From a bacterium (GTDB taxonomy: Bacteria > Electryoneota > AABM5-125-24 > Hatepunaeales > Hatepunaeaceae): a DNA stretch of 64,000 nucleotides. The translations under genes were made by a program, and so were the position numbers. The notes beneath the pieces were generated by a model. The model saw only the letters and a list, made by a program, of their open reading frames with translations. It did no database searches and was not told the origin of the DNA. The DNA lies in the NCBI GenBank assembly GCA_025774605.1, contig JALGVR010000002.1:2522-66521 (forward strand), given 5' to 3'. This document shows, piece after piece, positions 46,479 to 56,264 of the stretch. Within the stretch, counting starts at the first letter, position 1; the number at the start of each line of letters is the position of its first letter.

Positions 46479-47573
46479 TTAAAGCGATCCTGATATGCCG
46501 AAGCGATGGACAGTGCCCAATGCGCCCATTGTGGCGTAGGCATAGTTGAATTTATACCTCCGGATCGGTATCCCGATACCGAAGGATGTTCCCGCCAACA
46601 GGTCGTTCTGCTGGCCTACCCGCAGTCCTTCACCCCGGCTGCGGTATCCGATCCGAAGCTGGAAGGAATCATTTAGTAGTTCCGAATATATACTGAATTC
46701 ACCACCCAAACCAAACGAGAATCCCGGTTTGCCGGGCAGGAATTCCGCTTCCCATTCCCCCTCGCCCTCGCGACCGAACATCAACGCCGTATTCAACGTC
46801 AGGGGAAGATGACGCAGCTTCGACGAAAGACCGACCGACAACTCGGTGGGAAGGGGATCTGTCCCGTCGCCGTAACCGCTGAACTGTTCCCCCCAGTTCC
46901 GTAAAACCAGGCCCAAGTTAACACCCTGCCAGCCGGGTTCGCAGGTTAAGCCGATGTCGACCGCCACGCCCGACGCGTCATAGGGATCGATCGTGCCCCA
47001 GATAAACTTGACCGCGCCCCCCCAGGCGAACATCCTGTTGAACCTGCCTGCACAATATCCGACAAAGACGTTCTCGCTGGCTTGAAAGGTCGCACCGGTC
47101 GCACCGACACCTATTTCAGAAACGTCATTATCCCCGTAATCGAATGTAGTAATATAGATTCCCAGCGTATATCTATCCTTGACTGACTCGGATAGAGCCA
47201 ACCGCCCGCTCCACATATCCATCATGTGAGAGGCGTATGATACACTGATCATTCGTCTCCCGTCGGCGGCGCAGGCGGGATTGAGCAGCGCCCCCTCAGA
47301 CCATTCATTCTCACTCAGCGGCGCGCCGCCCAGCGCGAGGGCGCGCGGATCGGTAAGCTCCATCAATACCGGGAAGCTGGTTCCGCCGGCGGCAAAAGAC
47401 TGTTGCGCCAGGGCTGAAACCAGCAGCAGCACGAATACAGAACGAAAAAAACTATCCCGGAACGATCGGTCCACCGAAATCATCTCCTTCACCCTCTTCC
47501 TCCTCTTCTTCAAGCCATCTCCTGAATTGTATGCGACGGCGGATAAAGACGACCAGCACCGCCAGTGATCCAA
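46479..47573 (-). CDS. PorV/PorQ-family outer-membrane beta-barrel protein (T9SS)
   Basis: After a signal peptide (probable start at the internal Met near 47483: MISVDRSFRDSFFRSVFVLLLVSALAQQSFAAGG), the segment FPVLMELTDPRALALGGAPLSENEWSEGALLNPA matches the PorV/PorQ N-terminal hallmark. The rest shows the alternating hydrophobic pattern and Gly/aromatic residues of a beta-barrel. Confidence 0.6.
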   Translation of the reverse strand: MDHWRCWSSLSAVAYNSGDGLKKRRKRVKEMISVDRSFRDSFFRSVFVLLLVSALAQQSFAAGGTSFPVLMELTDPRALALGGAPLSENEWSEGALLNPACAADGRRMISVSYASHMMDMWSGRLALSESVKDRYTLGIYITTFDYGDNDVSEIGVGATGATFQASENVFVGYCAGRFNRMFAWGGAVKFIWGTIDPYDASGVAVDIGLTCEPGWQGVNLGLVLRNWGEQFSGYGDGTDPLPTELSVGLSSKLRHLPLTLNTALMFGREGEGEWEAEFLPGKPGFSFGLGGEFSIYSELLNDSFQLRIGYRSRGEGLRVGQQNDLLAGTSFGIGIPIRRYKFNYAYATMGALGTVHRFGISGSL

Positions 47574-48396
47574 GCAATACGATAAACACCCATATCATGT
47601 AGTCGATATCCAGTAGAACAGCGAAACTGTACCGCTTGCGGGCATACTCTATCCACTCCACCTGCCAGAATTCGTATTCAACGCCGGCAGCGGCCAGGAA
47701 CGCGTCATCGAACTCCTCCCCCTTACCGACACGGTCAAGCAGTTGTACGACCGTCTCCCAGCCGAACTGGCTGATAAACCTTGCCGCCGCCGAACGCGCT
47801 TCGGAATATGCCAGGTCAGCATCGCCGGACGAGAAGTTCATGACATCATCGGCGCGCGGCAGCCCCATCAACCGGTTGGAAGCGGCGGCGCGGCCCAGCC
47901 TTCCCAGCGATCCATGCCTCGATTCGCCCGACAGCACCTGGCACAGACCCTCCTCGAACCAACGGGGCAGGTAATTGTCACCGATGATCTCATGTATCAA
48001 TATATGTGATAATTCGTGCGCAGCCAGCACCTCAAGCGGGACGCCCTGCCCGAAAAACAGCGGCGTCTTCAGAATCACCGTGTTGCGTCCCGGAATGGCG
48101 ATACCGCCGGCCCAGCCGGGCACTCGACCGTGCGTCAGGTTGTTGAAATCTTCGAGCGTCAGCGTCAGGTATATATTTACGGTCTTATCCAGCTTCTTGT
48201 TTAGACGGGCTTCAATATAACTTACCTTCTGTCGCAATTCACGGTCAAGATTGTCGATTAATTTCCTGTCCTTCCCGTAATAATAGTACTTATATGGCGG
48301 ACGATCATACGGCCGGGCATGGGATATATTGTAACCCAGCGTTAAAACAGCGATTGTTATAATATAGATGAATGATGGCTTGATCAATGAAGCCAT
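47452..48396 (-). CDS. peptidase-MA-like HExxH zinc metalloprotease-like protein with C-terminal TM anchor and acidic tail
   Basis: The ORF track extends it to 48597. I place the start at the internal Met at 48396 (MASLIKPSFIYIITIAVLTLGYNISHA, signal-like), 2 nt after the priA stop. HELSHILIHE with a downstream WFEEGLCQ (third-ligand Glu) is characteristic of Peptidase_MA_2-type proteins. C-terminal TM helix plus EEEEEEGEGDD tail. Confidence 0.5.
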   Translation of the reverse strand: MASLIKPSFIYIITIAVLTLGYNISHARPYDRPPYKYYYYGKDRKLIDNLDRELRQKVSYIEARLNKKLDKTVNIYLTLTLEDFNNLTHGRVPGWAGGIAIPGRNTVILKTPLFFGQGVPLEVLAAHELSHILIHEIIGDNYLPRWFEEGLCQVLSGESRHGSLGRLGRAAASNRLMGLPRADDVMNFSSGDADLAYSEARSAAARFISQFGWETVVQLLDRVGKGEEFDDAFLAAAGVEYEFWQVEWIEYARKRYSFAVLLDIDYMIWVFIVLLGSLAVLVVFIRRRIQFRRWLEEEEEEGEGDDFGGPIVPG

Positions 48397-48397
48397 A

Positions 48398-50839
48398 TCA
48401 AATCTCAGCCGGGTCGACATCTGCAATAATCTTAATATCCTTGTAGTTGCGTTCAACTTTCCGAATCGCATCCTGTAATCGCGCCTTGACATTCCTGGCT
48501 GCAACCCTCTTCCGCCGCGGCAGCTTGAGCAGCAATTTTTTTCGGTACAGGTTCTCAATTCTTTCAATGGGCGGCGGAGCCGGACCGAGGATTTCACAGT
48601 TCAAGTTTTCACCGATCAGCGCCTCCCGCAGCGAAAGCGCCGCCTTCCCGACATTTTCCCGCTCCGAACCGCGCACCAGTATACTGATCAGGTCGCTGTA
48701 GGGTGGATAACGAAGCTCGTTTCTGAAATGAATCTCCTCATTGAAAAGCTTCCGGTAGTTATGCTCCTGTACCCAGCGCAGCATCGGATGAGTGGGATCC
48801 CATGCCTGAATGACCACCTCACCGGCGCCGGCGCGGCCTGTCCGGCCCGAAGCCTGCGTCAACAGGCGATAAGCCTTTTCCATTGCCCTGAAATCCGGGC
48901 GCAGCCATTCAAGATCCGCCGACAGAACGCCCACCAGCGTCACACGCGGGAAGTCATGCCCCTTGGCGACCATCTGGGTGCCGATCAGAATGTCGAAATC
49001 ATGCCGGGCAAACCGCGCCAGTATCTCCTGGTGCGCACCCCGACCGTGTGTCGTATCGACATCCATCCTTCCGACGCGGGCGTCCGGCAGGAGCAACTCA
49101 AGTTCGCGCTGCAGTCTCTGTGTCCCCATTCCGCCGTAGGACAACCTGTGACCGTGACATTTGGGGCAGGTGTCGATGACCCGCTGTACATAGCCGCAGT
49201 AATGACAAACCAGCTTCTGACCGACCCGGTGATAACGCAGCGTTATATCGCAGTTGGGGCAGGTCGCCACCTCGCCGCAATCGGGACAGCGGATGACGGT
49301 GGAGAAGGCGCGCCGGTTGACGAGGATGATCGCCTGCTCGTCTCTCGCCAGGCATTGGCGAAGGCTCTTCTCAAGCCTGGGACTGATACCGCGCCCCTTC
49401 GCATCGATTCCCCATTTCACCACCCAGACATCCGGCAGGGCTCCATCGCCGTATCGTTCCCTTAATTCAAGTAGATGGTAGCGTCCCTCCCCGGCGTTCT
49501 TATAGCTGCAGACATCCGGCGTCGCCGAACCCATCAGAACCGTGGCGCCGCAGCGGTAAGCCCGGTAAAGCGCGGCGTCGCGGCCATGGTAGCGCGGCGC
49601 CGGCTCAGACTGCTTGTAGCTGTCGTCATGCTCCTCGTCGATGACAATCAGTCCCAGGTCACGTACGGGAGCAAACACGACAGACCTCGGCCCTACCACT
49701 ATCCTTGCCTTCCCCTTTTCGATCATCCGCCAGACATCCCGACGCTCGACCCGGGAAAGTCCGCTGTGCGACACGAGGACATCCTCGCCGAACCGTCGTC
49801 GCATACGCCCGGTAAGTTGCGGGGTCAGTGAAATTTCGGGAACCATCACGATTACGCCCCTGCCGAGCGCAAGCGCTTCGGCTATAGCCTCGAGGTAAAC
49901 CAGGGTTTTGCCGCTGCCGGTCACCCCATGGAGAAGATAGGTCCGGTACTGTCCGCGCTCAATGGATTTCCGCACCAGATCAACAATTTCCGCCTGCTGT
50001 GATGTAAGCTCCGGCGTACCGGCGGCAGTCTCTTCCAGACCATCCTGAGCGGTGCTCAGCCTGCTGTCATCGACCTGCGATCGATCCACCCAGCCCTTTT
50101 TCTCCAGGGTGCGCATGATCATCGTGAGACCGGGCTGAATCCTGCCGAGTTCCCTTGACGTGATGCGCCCTTCTGCTCCGGCGAGTATCTCCACCGCCCG
50201 CCGCAGTCTGCAGGCGTTGGCGGGCAGATCCGCCGCCGCCTGATCGTAGCTGACGGCTCCCGTCCATTGCCACTGAACAGTTACGGATGACCGCACACGT
50301 CGCGGCTCAAGCTCCGTCAACTCCACCCAACCGAGGCGGGAAAATCTCTCAAGGAGGCTCACCCCCCGGGAAAACCGTCGTTGAATCTGTCCCCGGGTCA
50401 GCGGCTTTTCCCTCAGCTCACGCCACAAATCCGCCGCCGGGCCGGTCTCGTCACGGAAAAACAGTTCACCGGCGCCTTTCGCGGTCAGCCTATAGGTCGC
50501 CTTGGCGGAAGCCTTCAACCCGCTCGGCACGGCTGCGGCGATGGCTTCGCCCCAATCGCACATGTAGTAGTCGGCGATCCAGCGCGTCAGATCCATGACA
50601 TCCCTGGGAAGCAGGGGTGAACTGTCGATCGGTTCGCGGATGTCCCGCAGCCCCGGGCTGTCCGGACCGGTGAAGATCCGGGTCAGGAACCCGATCCGTT
50701 GACGCCTGCCGAACGGCACGCGAACGCGTATACATTCGCTAAGCCCCGTCATGCTGCCGGGTACGCGATAGGTGTATCCACCTGTCGGCTGATCCGCGAA
50801 ATGAACCTCGGCAAGCTCTGTCTTTTCAGAAGCTGGCAT
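48398..50839 (-). CDS. priA: primosomal protein N' (replication restart helicase)
   Basis: 813 aa. Walker A GVTGSGKT, DEEHD, and two Cys4 zinc-binding motifs (CPDCGEV...CPNC, CHYCGY...CPKCHG). Confidence 0.9.
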   Translation of the reverse strand: MPASEKTELAEVHFADQPTGGYTYRVPGSMTGLSECIRVRVPFGRRQRIGFLTRIFTGPDSPGLRDIREPIDSSPLLPRDVMDLTRWIADYYMCDWGEAIAAAVPSGLKASAKATYRLTAKGAGELFFRDETGPAADLWRELREKPLTRGQIQRRFSRGVSLLERFSRLGWVELTELEPRRVRSSVTVQWQWTGAVSYDQAAADLPANACRLRRAVEILAGAEGRITSRELGRIQPGLTMIMRTLEKKGWVDRSQVDDSRLSTAQDGLEETAAGTPELTSQQAEIVDLVRKSIERGQYRTYLLHGVTGSGKTLVYLEAIAEALALGRGVIVMVPEISLTPQLTGRMRRRFGEDVLVSHSGLSRVERRDVWRMIEKGKARIVVGPRSVVFAPVRDLGLIVIDEEHDDSYKQSEPAPRYHGRDAALYRAYRCGATVLMGSATPDVCSYKNAGEGRYHLLELRERYGDGALPDVWVVKWGIDAKGRGISPRLEKSLRQCLARDEQAIILVNRRAFSTVIRCPDCGEVATCPNCDITLRYHRVGQKLVCHYCGYVQRVIDTCPKCHGHRLSYGGMGTQRLQRELELLLPDARVGRMDVDTTHGRGAHQEILARFARHDFDILIGTQMVAKGHDFPRVTLVGVLSADLEWLRPDFRAMEKAYRLLTQASGRTGRAGAGEVVIQAWDPTHPMLRWVQEHNYRKLFNEEIHFRNELRYPPYSDLISILVRGSERENVGKAALSLREALIGENLNCEILGPAPPPIERIENLYRKKLLLKLPRRKRVAARNVKARLQDAIRKVERNYKDIKIIADVDPAEI

Positions 50840-50896
50840 GAGGCAGCAACCTAATCATGGTTCCCTCGAACCGGTGTACTCCCCCGCCGCCGTTAA

Positions 50897-51805
50897 TCAC
50901 AGTAGTTTCTGGAGCACGTATCCGGTTGTCAGCAGGATGCCGGTCAGCAAATGGGTCATTATGGTTCCGGCACATGACGGCGTCAGAGCCGTTACGTTAT
51001 CGTAATTGGCGAGGGTATTGCGGGCGGCTTTCAGGGCGAGCGGTATGGTCAGAAGCCCCAACAGTACCCACAGGTTGCCGAAGATAAACGCCAGCAGAAG
51101 GATACTGAGATAGTTCAGGATCATCAGCACGGTATAGCCGGTCGCCGCGCGTTTCCTGCCCAGCCTGACCACCCAGTGGATCTTACCGACCGCTTTATCG
51201 GCTTTATAATCCGGGAATTCGTTGATATAGAGCACCAGTGTAATCATGAAAGCGATCGGCAGCGAAGCGATCACCACCTCCAGGTTCAGCGTCTGAGCCT
51301 GCACGAAATAGGCTCCGTTGACGCAGCACAGGCCGAAAGCCAGCGCGATGGCGAGCTCTCCCGCACCGCGACCGACCAGGTTGATTCCCGGCGCGACGTA
51401 CAGGACACCACAGGCGACCCCGATCAGACCGATCCAGAAGATGGTCATCCCTCTCAGCCACGTCAGATACAATCCAAGTGAAATCCCTATTAAATAAACT
51501 GTTATCGAGATTATCAACATCCCTTTCGGGGTAAGCGCACCGGTTTGGATCAAGCGACTGCCGCCGGTGAACGGTCGGATGAATTCCTTGTTCAGTTCAT
51601 CGTTGCGGTTGTGATGATCGAAGTAATCGTTGATGGTGTTGGCTCCGGCGTGCAACGCCACGGCACCGACCAGGGCCATGAAAAACAGTCCCCATTGGAA
51701 ATCAAAACCATGGTACCAGGCGATCACGCTGCCGAGTATGACCGGTACGATGACCGCGGTAAAGAAAGGCGCCCGAAGCGATGCGAATATTGTTTTTACG
51801 TTCAT
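50897..51805 (-). CDS. menA: UbiA-family prenyltransferase, 1,4-dihydroxy-2-naphthoate octaprenyltransferase-like
   Basis: 302 aa, about 8 TM segments. NTINDYFD motif characteristic of MenA/UbiA. Confidence 0.7.
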   Translation of the reverse strand: MNVKTIFASLRAPFFTAVIVPVILGSVIAWYHGFDFQWGLFFMALVGAVALHAGANTINDYFDHHNRNDELNKEFIRPFTGGSRLIQTGALTPKGMLIISITVYLIGISLGLYLTWLRGMTIFWIGLIGVACGVLYVAPGINLVGRGAGELAIALAFGLCCVNGAYFVQAQTLNLEVVIASLPIAFMITLVLYINEFPDYKADKAVGKIHWVVRLGRKRAATGYTVLMILNYLSILLLAFIFGNLWVLLGLLTIPLALKAARNTLANYDNVTALTPSCAGTIMTHLLTGILLTTGYVLQKLL

Positions 51806-51914
51806 TAATGGTTCCTGAAATACTTTTCCCAGAAGGTGGGTCAGACATTCCTGTCTGACTCATTCATAATCCATTGCGCCGTGTGGCCCGGGTAGCTCCG
51901 CTACCCGGGTTTCA

Positions 51915-52030
51915 ACTGTCATCCCCGCCTTTTTATTCATCATCCATTCTTTTCCATTCGTCATCCCCGCCTTTCTATTCGTCATCCCCGCTTTCCCTCG
52001 TCATCCCCGCGCACGCGGGGATCCAGAATC
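51915..52030. repeat. array of gtcatccccgc half-sites ending in a complete palindrome (same repeat family)
   Basis: Half-sites at 51917, 51960, 51980 and 51999. The last is completed into gtcatccccgc-gcac-gcggggatccagaat (51999-52027). Upstream hairpins gtcagaca-ttcc-tgtctgac (51840-51859) and cccgggtagc-tcc-gctacccggg (51887-51909). Confidence 0.7.
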
Positions 52031-52087
52031 ATCCTACATCGTTATAATATATAGCATTAATTTTGCAAAAATAATGAAGCAAGCCGC

Positions 52088-53077
52088 TCAAAACAACTCC
52101 TCAACGGCAAACTTGCCCACCTTCCAACAGGAAACCAGGCTCTCCCCCGCCCCGGGCATCAGTTCAGGTTCATTCTCCCGACAGTTGTCATCGGCAATGG
52201 GACAGCGCGGGTGGAATTTGCACCCGGAGGGAAATTCCAGCGGACTGGGTACTACGCCTTCGATCTGGTACAGTCGATCCTTTTGTAAGCCCATCCTGGG
52301 AATGGCGTGCTGCAGACCGATTGAATAGGGATGCTGCGGATTGTGAAAGACATCGCGGGCAGTGCCGGCTTCGACCACCTTGCCGGCATACATCACCACG
52401 ACCCGGTCGGCGATCTCGGCAATAACCCCCAGATCATGGGTGATCATGATTATCGCCATCCCGAACTCCTTCTGCAACCGGCGCAGCAGGGCAAGGATCT
52501 GCGCCTGTATCGTGACATCGAGGGCGGTGGTCGGTTCGTCGCAGATGAGCAGACTCGGATGACACGAGAGCGCCATGGCGATCATCACCCGCTGCCTGAG
52601 TCCACCGGAAAGCTGGTGCGGATATTCATCCAACCGCCTCTCCGGATCGGGAATGCCCACCAGCTTGAACATCTCCAACGCCCGTTCCCGCGCGGTCTCA
52701 ACGGATACTTTCTGGTGCAGCGTCACCGCTTCAACGACCTGGTCACCACAGGTGAAGACCGGATTCAGCGAAGTCATCGGTTCCTGAAAGATCATGGCGA
52801 TATCGTTGCCGCGGATGCGTCGCATCTGATCTTCCGGCAGTTGCAGCAGATCGACTCCGTTGAAGTAAACCTCACCGCCCGCGATCTCACCCGGCGGAAT
52901 CGGGATCAGGCGCAGTATCGACAGGCAACTGACCGTCTTGCCGCAGCCGGACTCGCCGACGATACCGAGCGTTTCGTCCTTATCCACCTCGAAGGACACG
53001 CCGTCCACGGCGCGGGCTGTACCGTCATCGGAATGAAAATATGTGCGTAAATCCTTTACTTCAAGTAATTTCAACAC
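52088..53077 (-). CDS. oligopeptide/dipeptide-type ABC transporter ATP-binding protein
   Basis: Walker A GESGCGKT and signature LSGGLRQR. C-terminal extension typical of OppD/DppD. No cognate permease or binding protein nearby. Confidence 0.85.
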   Translation of the reverse strand: MLKLLEVKDLRTYFHSDDGTARAVDGVSFEVDKDETLGIVGESGCGKTVSCLSILRLIPIPPGEIAGGEVYFNGVDLLQLPEDQMRRIRGNDIAMIFQEPMTSLNPVFTCGDQVVEAVTLHQKVSVETARERALEMFKLVGIPDPERRLDEYPHQLSGGLRQRVMIAMALSCHPSLLICDEPTTALDVTIQAQILALLRRLQKEFGMAIIMITHDLGVIAEIADRVVVMYAGKVVEAGTARDVFHNPQHPYSIGLQHAIPRMGLQKDRLYQIEGVVPSPLEFPSGCKFHPRCPIADDNCRENEPELMPGAGESLVSCWKVGKFAVEELF

Positions 53078-53168
53078 AGCTAATCATCCTGGATAGATGT
53101 TAGATGAAAGAACAATCATAATTTATAATGTGCATGTGAACAGGACTTGCATCTTTTCAACCTTCATT

Positions 53169-54110
53169 TCAATCCGAGGCAAACGCCCGGCATTCCCTGA
53201 CCAACGCCGCCGTGTCAAGTCCGAACATGGCGCTCAATTCATCCGGTTCCCCGGAGGTCGTAAACACTCTCCCGAGCGACAACCGCCGCATCGGTGTCGG
53301 TTTGTGCATCGCCAGAACCCCGGCGACGGATTCGAACAACCCCCCGGCGTACATGTGATCCTCCACGGTTATCACCCGCCCCGTCTTGGCCGCGGAGTTG
53401 ATTATCATGTCGCTGTCCAACGGTTCGAGCGTGGATATGCCGATAACGTCGGCGAACCCGTCACCCAGCTCCTCGCTGGCTTCGAGCGCATTGTAAACCT
53501 TGTCGCCGACTGCAACGATCGTCACGCGCCCCCCTTCATGCAGATGATAGGCGCGGCCGGTTTCAAAGGGCGCCGGCTCAGGCAGAAAGACCGGCAGCCT
53601 GGGTCGGTTCAGCCGCAGATAGTAGAAGCCCTTCTCTTCAAAAACAACCTCCACCGCCCGCCGCACCTGCCTGCCGTCCCAGGGTGTTATAATCCTGAAA
53701 TTGGGGATCAGGCGCATCCTCGCCAGGTCGGTTATGTCGTGCGCGGAGCCGCCGTCCGGGCCGACGGTGACGCCCGCATGACTGGCGGCTATCAACAGAT
53801 GAAGATCATTACCCTGCCGAGCCGCGGCTCGGATGTGGGCGTAGGCATGGTGCAGAAATACCGCCATATCACAGGCGGCAACCCGGCGCTCAGCCATCGC
53901 CAGGCCGGTCGCCAGTCCGATCATGCCCGGTTCATTAATGCCGGCGGTGTAAAACCTGTCCGGATAAGCCTCTTGAAACCTCTTGCTGTAGGTGGAATTG
54001 CTCGTCCCGGCATCCAGTACGCACAAGTCCGACCATCTCTCGCCGGCGGCAACCAGCGCGTGACCGAAAGCCTCCCGCAGCGATTCTTTTCCGTATGTTT
54101 TCGTGATCAA
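53169..54110 (-). CDS. transketolase, C-terminal (pyrimidine-binding) subunit
   Basis: 313 aa matching the transketolase Pyr and C-terminal domains (GINEPGMIGLATGLA...). Confidence 0.85.
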   Translation of the reverse strand: MITKTYGKESLREAFGHALVAAGERWSDLCVLDAGTSNSTYSKRFQEAYPDRFYTAGINEPGMIGLATGLAMAERRVAACDMAVFLHHAYAHIRAAARQGNDLHLLIAASHAGVTVGPDGGSAHDITDLARMRLIPNFRIITPWDGRQVRRAVEVVFEEKGFYYLRLNRPRLPVFLPEPAPFETGRAYHLHEGGRVTIVAVGDKVYNALEASEELGDGFADVIGISTLEPLDSDMIINSAAKTGRVITVEDHMYAGGLFESVAGVLAMHKPTPMRRLSLGRVFTTSGEPDELSAMFGLDTAALVRECRAFASD

Positions 54111-54928
54111 TTCCTCCGTGTGGCTTCCAGGCCATCGATGTAAGCCTGATACTCCTCCCCGGTCTGGGGAGGACGCCCGTGAAACCCCAGACGACCTTCA
54201 TTAGCCGGGTCGCCGCCCTTGCCCTTGATGGTGTCGCAGATGATAACGGACGGTCTGTCCCCCTCATCAACCGCCGTACGATAGGCATTATCCAACGCGG
54301 CAAAATCATGACCGTCGACCTGCATGACATGCCAGTTGTAGAGCCGGGCAACATCCGCAATGGGACCGATCTCGACGGCAGCGTCCTGAGCCAGACTGTT
54401 ATTGTTAAGAATCAGCGTAAAATTCGACGCCGCACCCAGGAAATGCGGGACCGAGAGCAAACCCATACTGACCGGTTCCTGGAACTCCCCGTCCCCCGCG
54501 ATACAGAAAACCTGCCTTTTGACCCCCAACGCTTGTCCGTACGCCTGCCACAGACCGATTCCCAGGCTGCCGTTCGAGTTCTCCAAGCCGTGTTTCAGAC
54601 TTCGCTTCGTATGACCCTGAAACGGCGTGTCGGGCCTTCTGAATCCGGCGAAGACCTCCTCGACAGGATAGTAACCGAGATCGGCGTTCACCAGGTATTG
54701 CAGCGGACAGGCATGACCCTCCGAGAGAAATATCCTGTCCCGCTCCCGCCAGGATCCATCGGCGGGATCGAACTGGAAGAAGTCGGAATACACCAGCGCC
54801 AGCCAGACTTCAACAAGGCTGAGCGATGTATCCAGATGCCCCGATTTAGCCCGGTACATCAACTCAATCAGGTTTTTGCGGATATGGTAAGCCTTCTCCT
54901 CAAGCTCTTCAAGTTTTACTTTAAACAT
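54107..54928 (-). CDS. transketolase, N-terminal (thiamine diphosphate-binding) subunit
   Basis: 273 aa, GHLDTSLSLVEVWLALV... with GDGE TPP-binding motif. 4-nt overlap with the C-terminal subunit gene (split transketolase). Confidence 0.85.
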   Translation of the reverse strand: MFKVKLEELEEKAYHIRKNLIELMYRAKSGHLDTSLSLVEVWLALVYSDFFQFDPADGSWRERDRIFLSEGHACPLQYLVNADLGYYPVEEVFAGFRRPDTPFQGHTKRSLKHGLENSNGSLGIGLWQAYGQALGVKRQVFCIAGDGEFQEPVSMGLLSVPHFLGAASNFTLILNNNSLAQDAAVEIGPIADVARLYNWHVMQVDGHDFAALDNAYRTAVDEGDRPSVIICDTIKGKGGDPANEGRLGFHGRPPQTGEEYQAYIDGLEATRRN

Positions 54929-55008
54929 TGTCGCTTTCTTGGGTTAAATCAAAGTAGTGACCAACTGTTGAACGAAAGACAAGTTTCGATGTAAAAAGCC
55001 ATTATTTA

Positions 55009-55836
55009 TCAAGTGAATAAAACCAGTAATTGCGGCCTGACCATCAGGTACATGGCTACCGTGGGAGCGGTGAACAGCAGGCTGTCGAATCGATCCAGAA
55101 TACCGCCATGACCCGGCAGAAGCTCGGCGGAATCCTTCACCCCGCACTCACGCTTCAAGGCAGACTCGACCAGATCGCCGATCTGACCGAATAAACCGGC
55201 GCAAACGCCGACAGCAATCGCGATATCGAGTCTCACCAGTCCCAGCTTCCACCACAGCAGGCTGAATAAAATAGCCCCGAAAAAGCCGAAAACAAAGCCT
55301 TCGATCGTCTTTTTCGGGCTCACCGAAGGAGCCAGCTTATGCCTGCCCATCATCCTGCCGCCGGCGTAAGCGGCGGTGTCCCCGATCCAGATCGCTCCCC
55401 ATACGCAGAAAGCCAGCCATTTGCCCTCCTCGGCCGTCCAGCCGCCGCCGTCCCAACCGCGGATGAACAGGAACCCTCCGATCAGGAGCGGAATATAGCA
55501 TATCCCGCCAAACGTGGAGAGAATTTCATGATGAGATCGACCCTTAAGCAAGACCGCGACGGCAATCGCCAGAAAAGCCGCCACCAGAACCCAGGGCAGG
55601 TATTCGTAACCGATCACCCAGACAAGGACTACCGTTAAACCAGACCCCAAGCCCATCGCTTTCAAGGGATTCCTGTCGAGATTTGATAGAAGCCTGTAAT
55701 ATTCGCCCTGAGCGGCCAAGGCGATAAACGCGACCAGAAGCCCGCTCCACCAGCCTCCCAGCCAGGTCAATCCGAGTATCAGGGGAACTCCCCACGCCGC
55801 CACCAGCAACCTCGAACCGAGTCCTCCCTTTTTCAT
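55009..55836 (-). CDS. cdsA: phosphatidate cytidylyltransferase
   Basis: Polytopic membrane protein with the C-terminal CdsA signature GHGGILDRFDSLLFTAP. Confidence 0.85.
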   Translation of the reverse strand: MKKGGLGSRLLVAAWGVPLILGLTWLGGWWSGLLVAFIALAAQGEYYRLLSNLDRNPLKAMGLGSGLTVVLVWVIGYEYLPWVLVAAFLAIAVAVLLKGRSHHEILSTFGGICYIPLLIGGFLFIRGWDGGGWTAEEGKWLAFCVWGAIWIGDTAAYAGGRMMGRHKLAPSVSPKKTIEGFVFGFFGAILFSLLWWKLGLVRLDIAIAVGVCAGLFGQIGDLVESALKRECGVKDSAELLPGHGGILDRFDSLLFTAPTVAMYLMVRPQLLVLFT

Positions 55837-56264
55837 CCGTCTCCCAGCTTGATAATACGGATCCGAACCTCGGTCACCCCGTCCTGAATCAGGCCGATTC
55901 TGCGCGCCGCGCCCTTGGACAGGTCAAGTATCCTTCTTCCCTTGAACGGTCCGCGGTCGTTTATACGAACCCGGCAGCTCTTGCCATTGCTGAGATTGGT
56001 GACTTCGATAATTGTGTTGAAAGGCAACCGGCGATGAGCCGCCGTTAACCCGTTCATGTCGTACCTCTCACCGTTGGCGGTCTTTCTGCCGTGAAATTTC
56101 GGCCCATACCATGAGGCGAGCCCGGTCCAGGTCTGACCGACCTTGAAACGCTTATGCGGCGCCTTCTGATACGGTTCCTCGGCATATCGCGGCGCGGGCG
56201 TACAGCCGTGGATCAATAGAACCGCAGAAAAGACGAGGGTGACGAAACCGGAGCTGTTTTTCAT
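55833..56264 (-). CDS. rlpA: RlpA-like septal-ring lytic transglycosylase (double-psi beta-barrel domain)
   Basis: GLASWYGPKFHGRKTANGERYD...CRVRINDRGPF matches the RlpA DPBB domain. Signal peptide present. Confidence 0.75.
   Translation of the reverse strand: MKNSSGFVTLVFSAVLLIHGCTPAPRYAEEPYQKAPHKRFKVGQTWTGLASWYGPKFHGRKTANGERYDMNGLTAAHRRLPFNTIIEVTNLSNGKSCRVRINDRGPFKGRRILDLSKGAARRIGLIQDGVTEVRIRIIKLGDG

Noticed and set aside
47452-48597. Long N-terminal extension of the HExxH protein and 120-bp overlap with the PorV-like gene
   Set aside because: The first 67 codons of the ORF-track model (MKSSVRLRRPLKELRTCTEKNCCSS...) overlap the priA 3' end and look non-native. An internal Met at 48396 gives a signal peptide and sits 2 nt after the priA stop, so the long form is probably an ORF-caller artefact.
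53097-54143. 348-aa plus-strand ORF
   Set aside because: Antisense to the well-supported split transketolase genes. Arg-rich composition.
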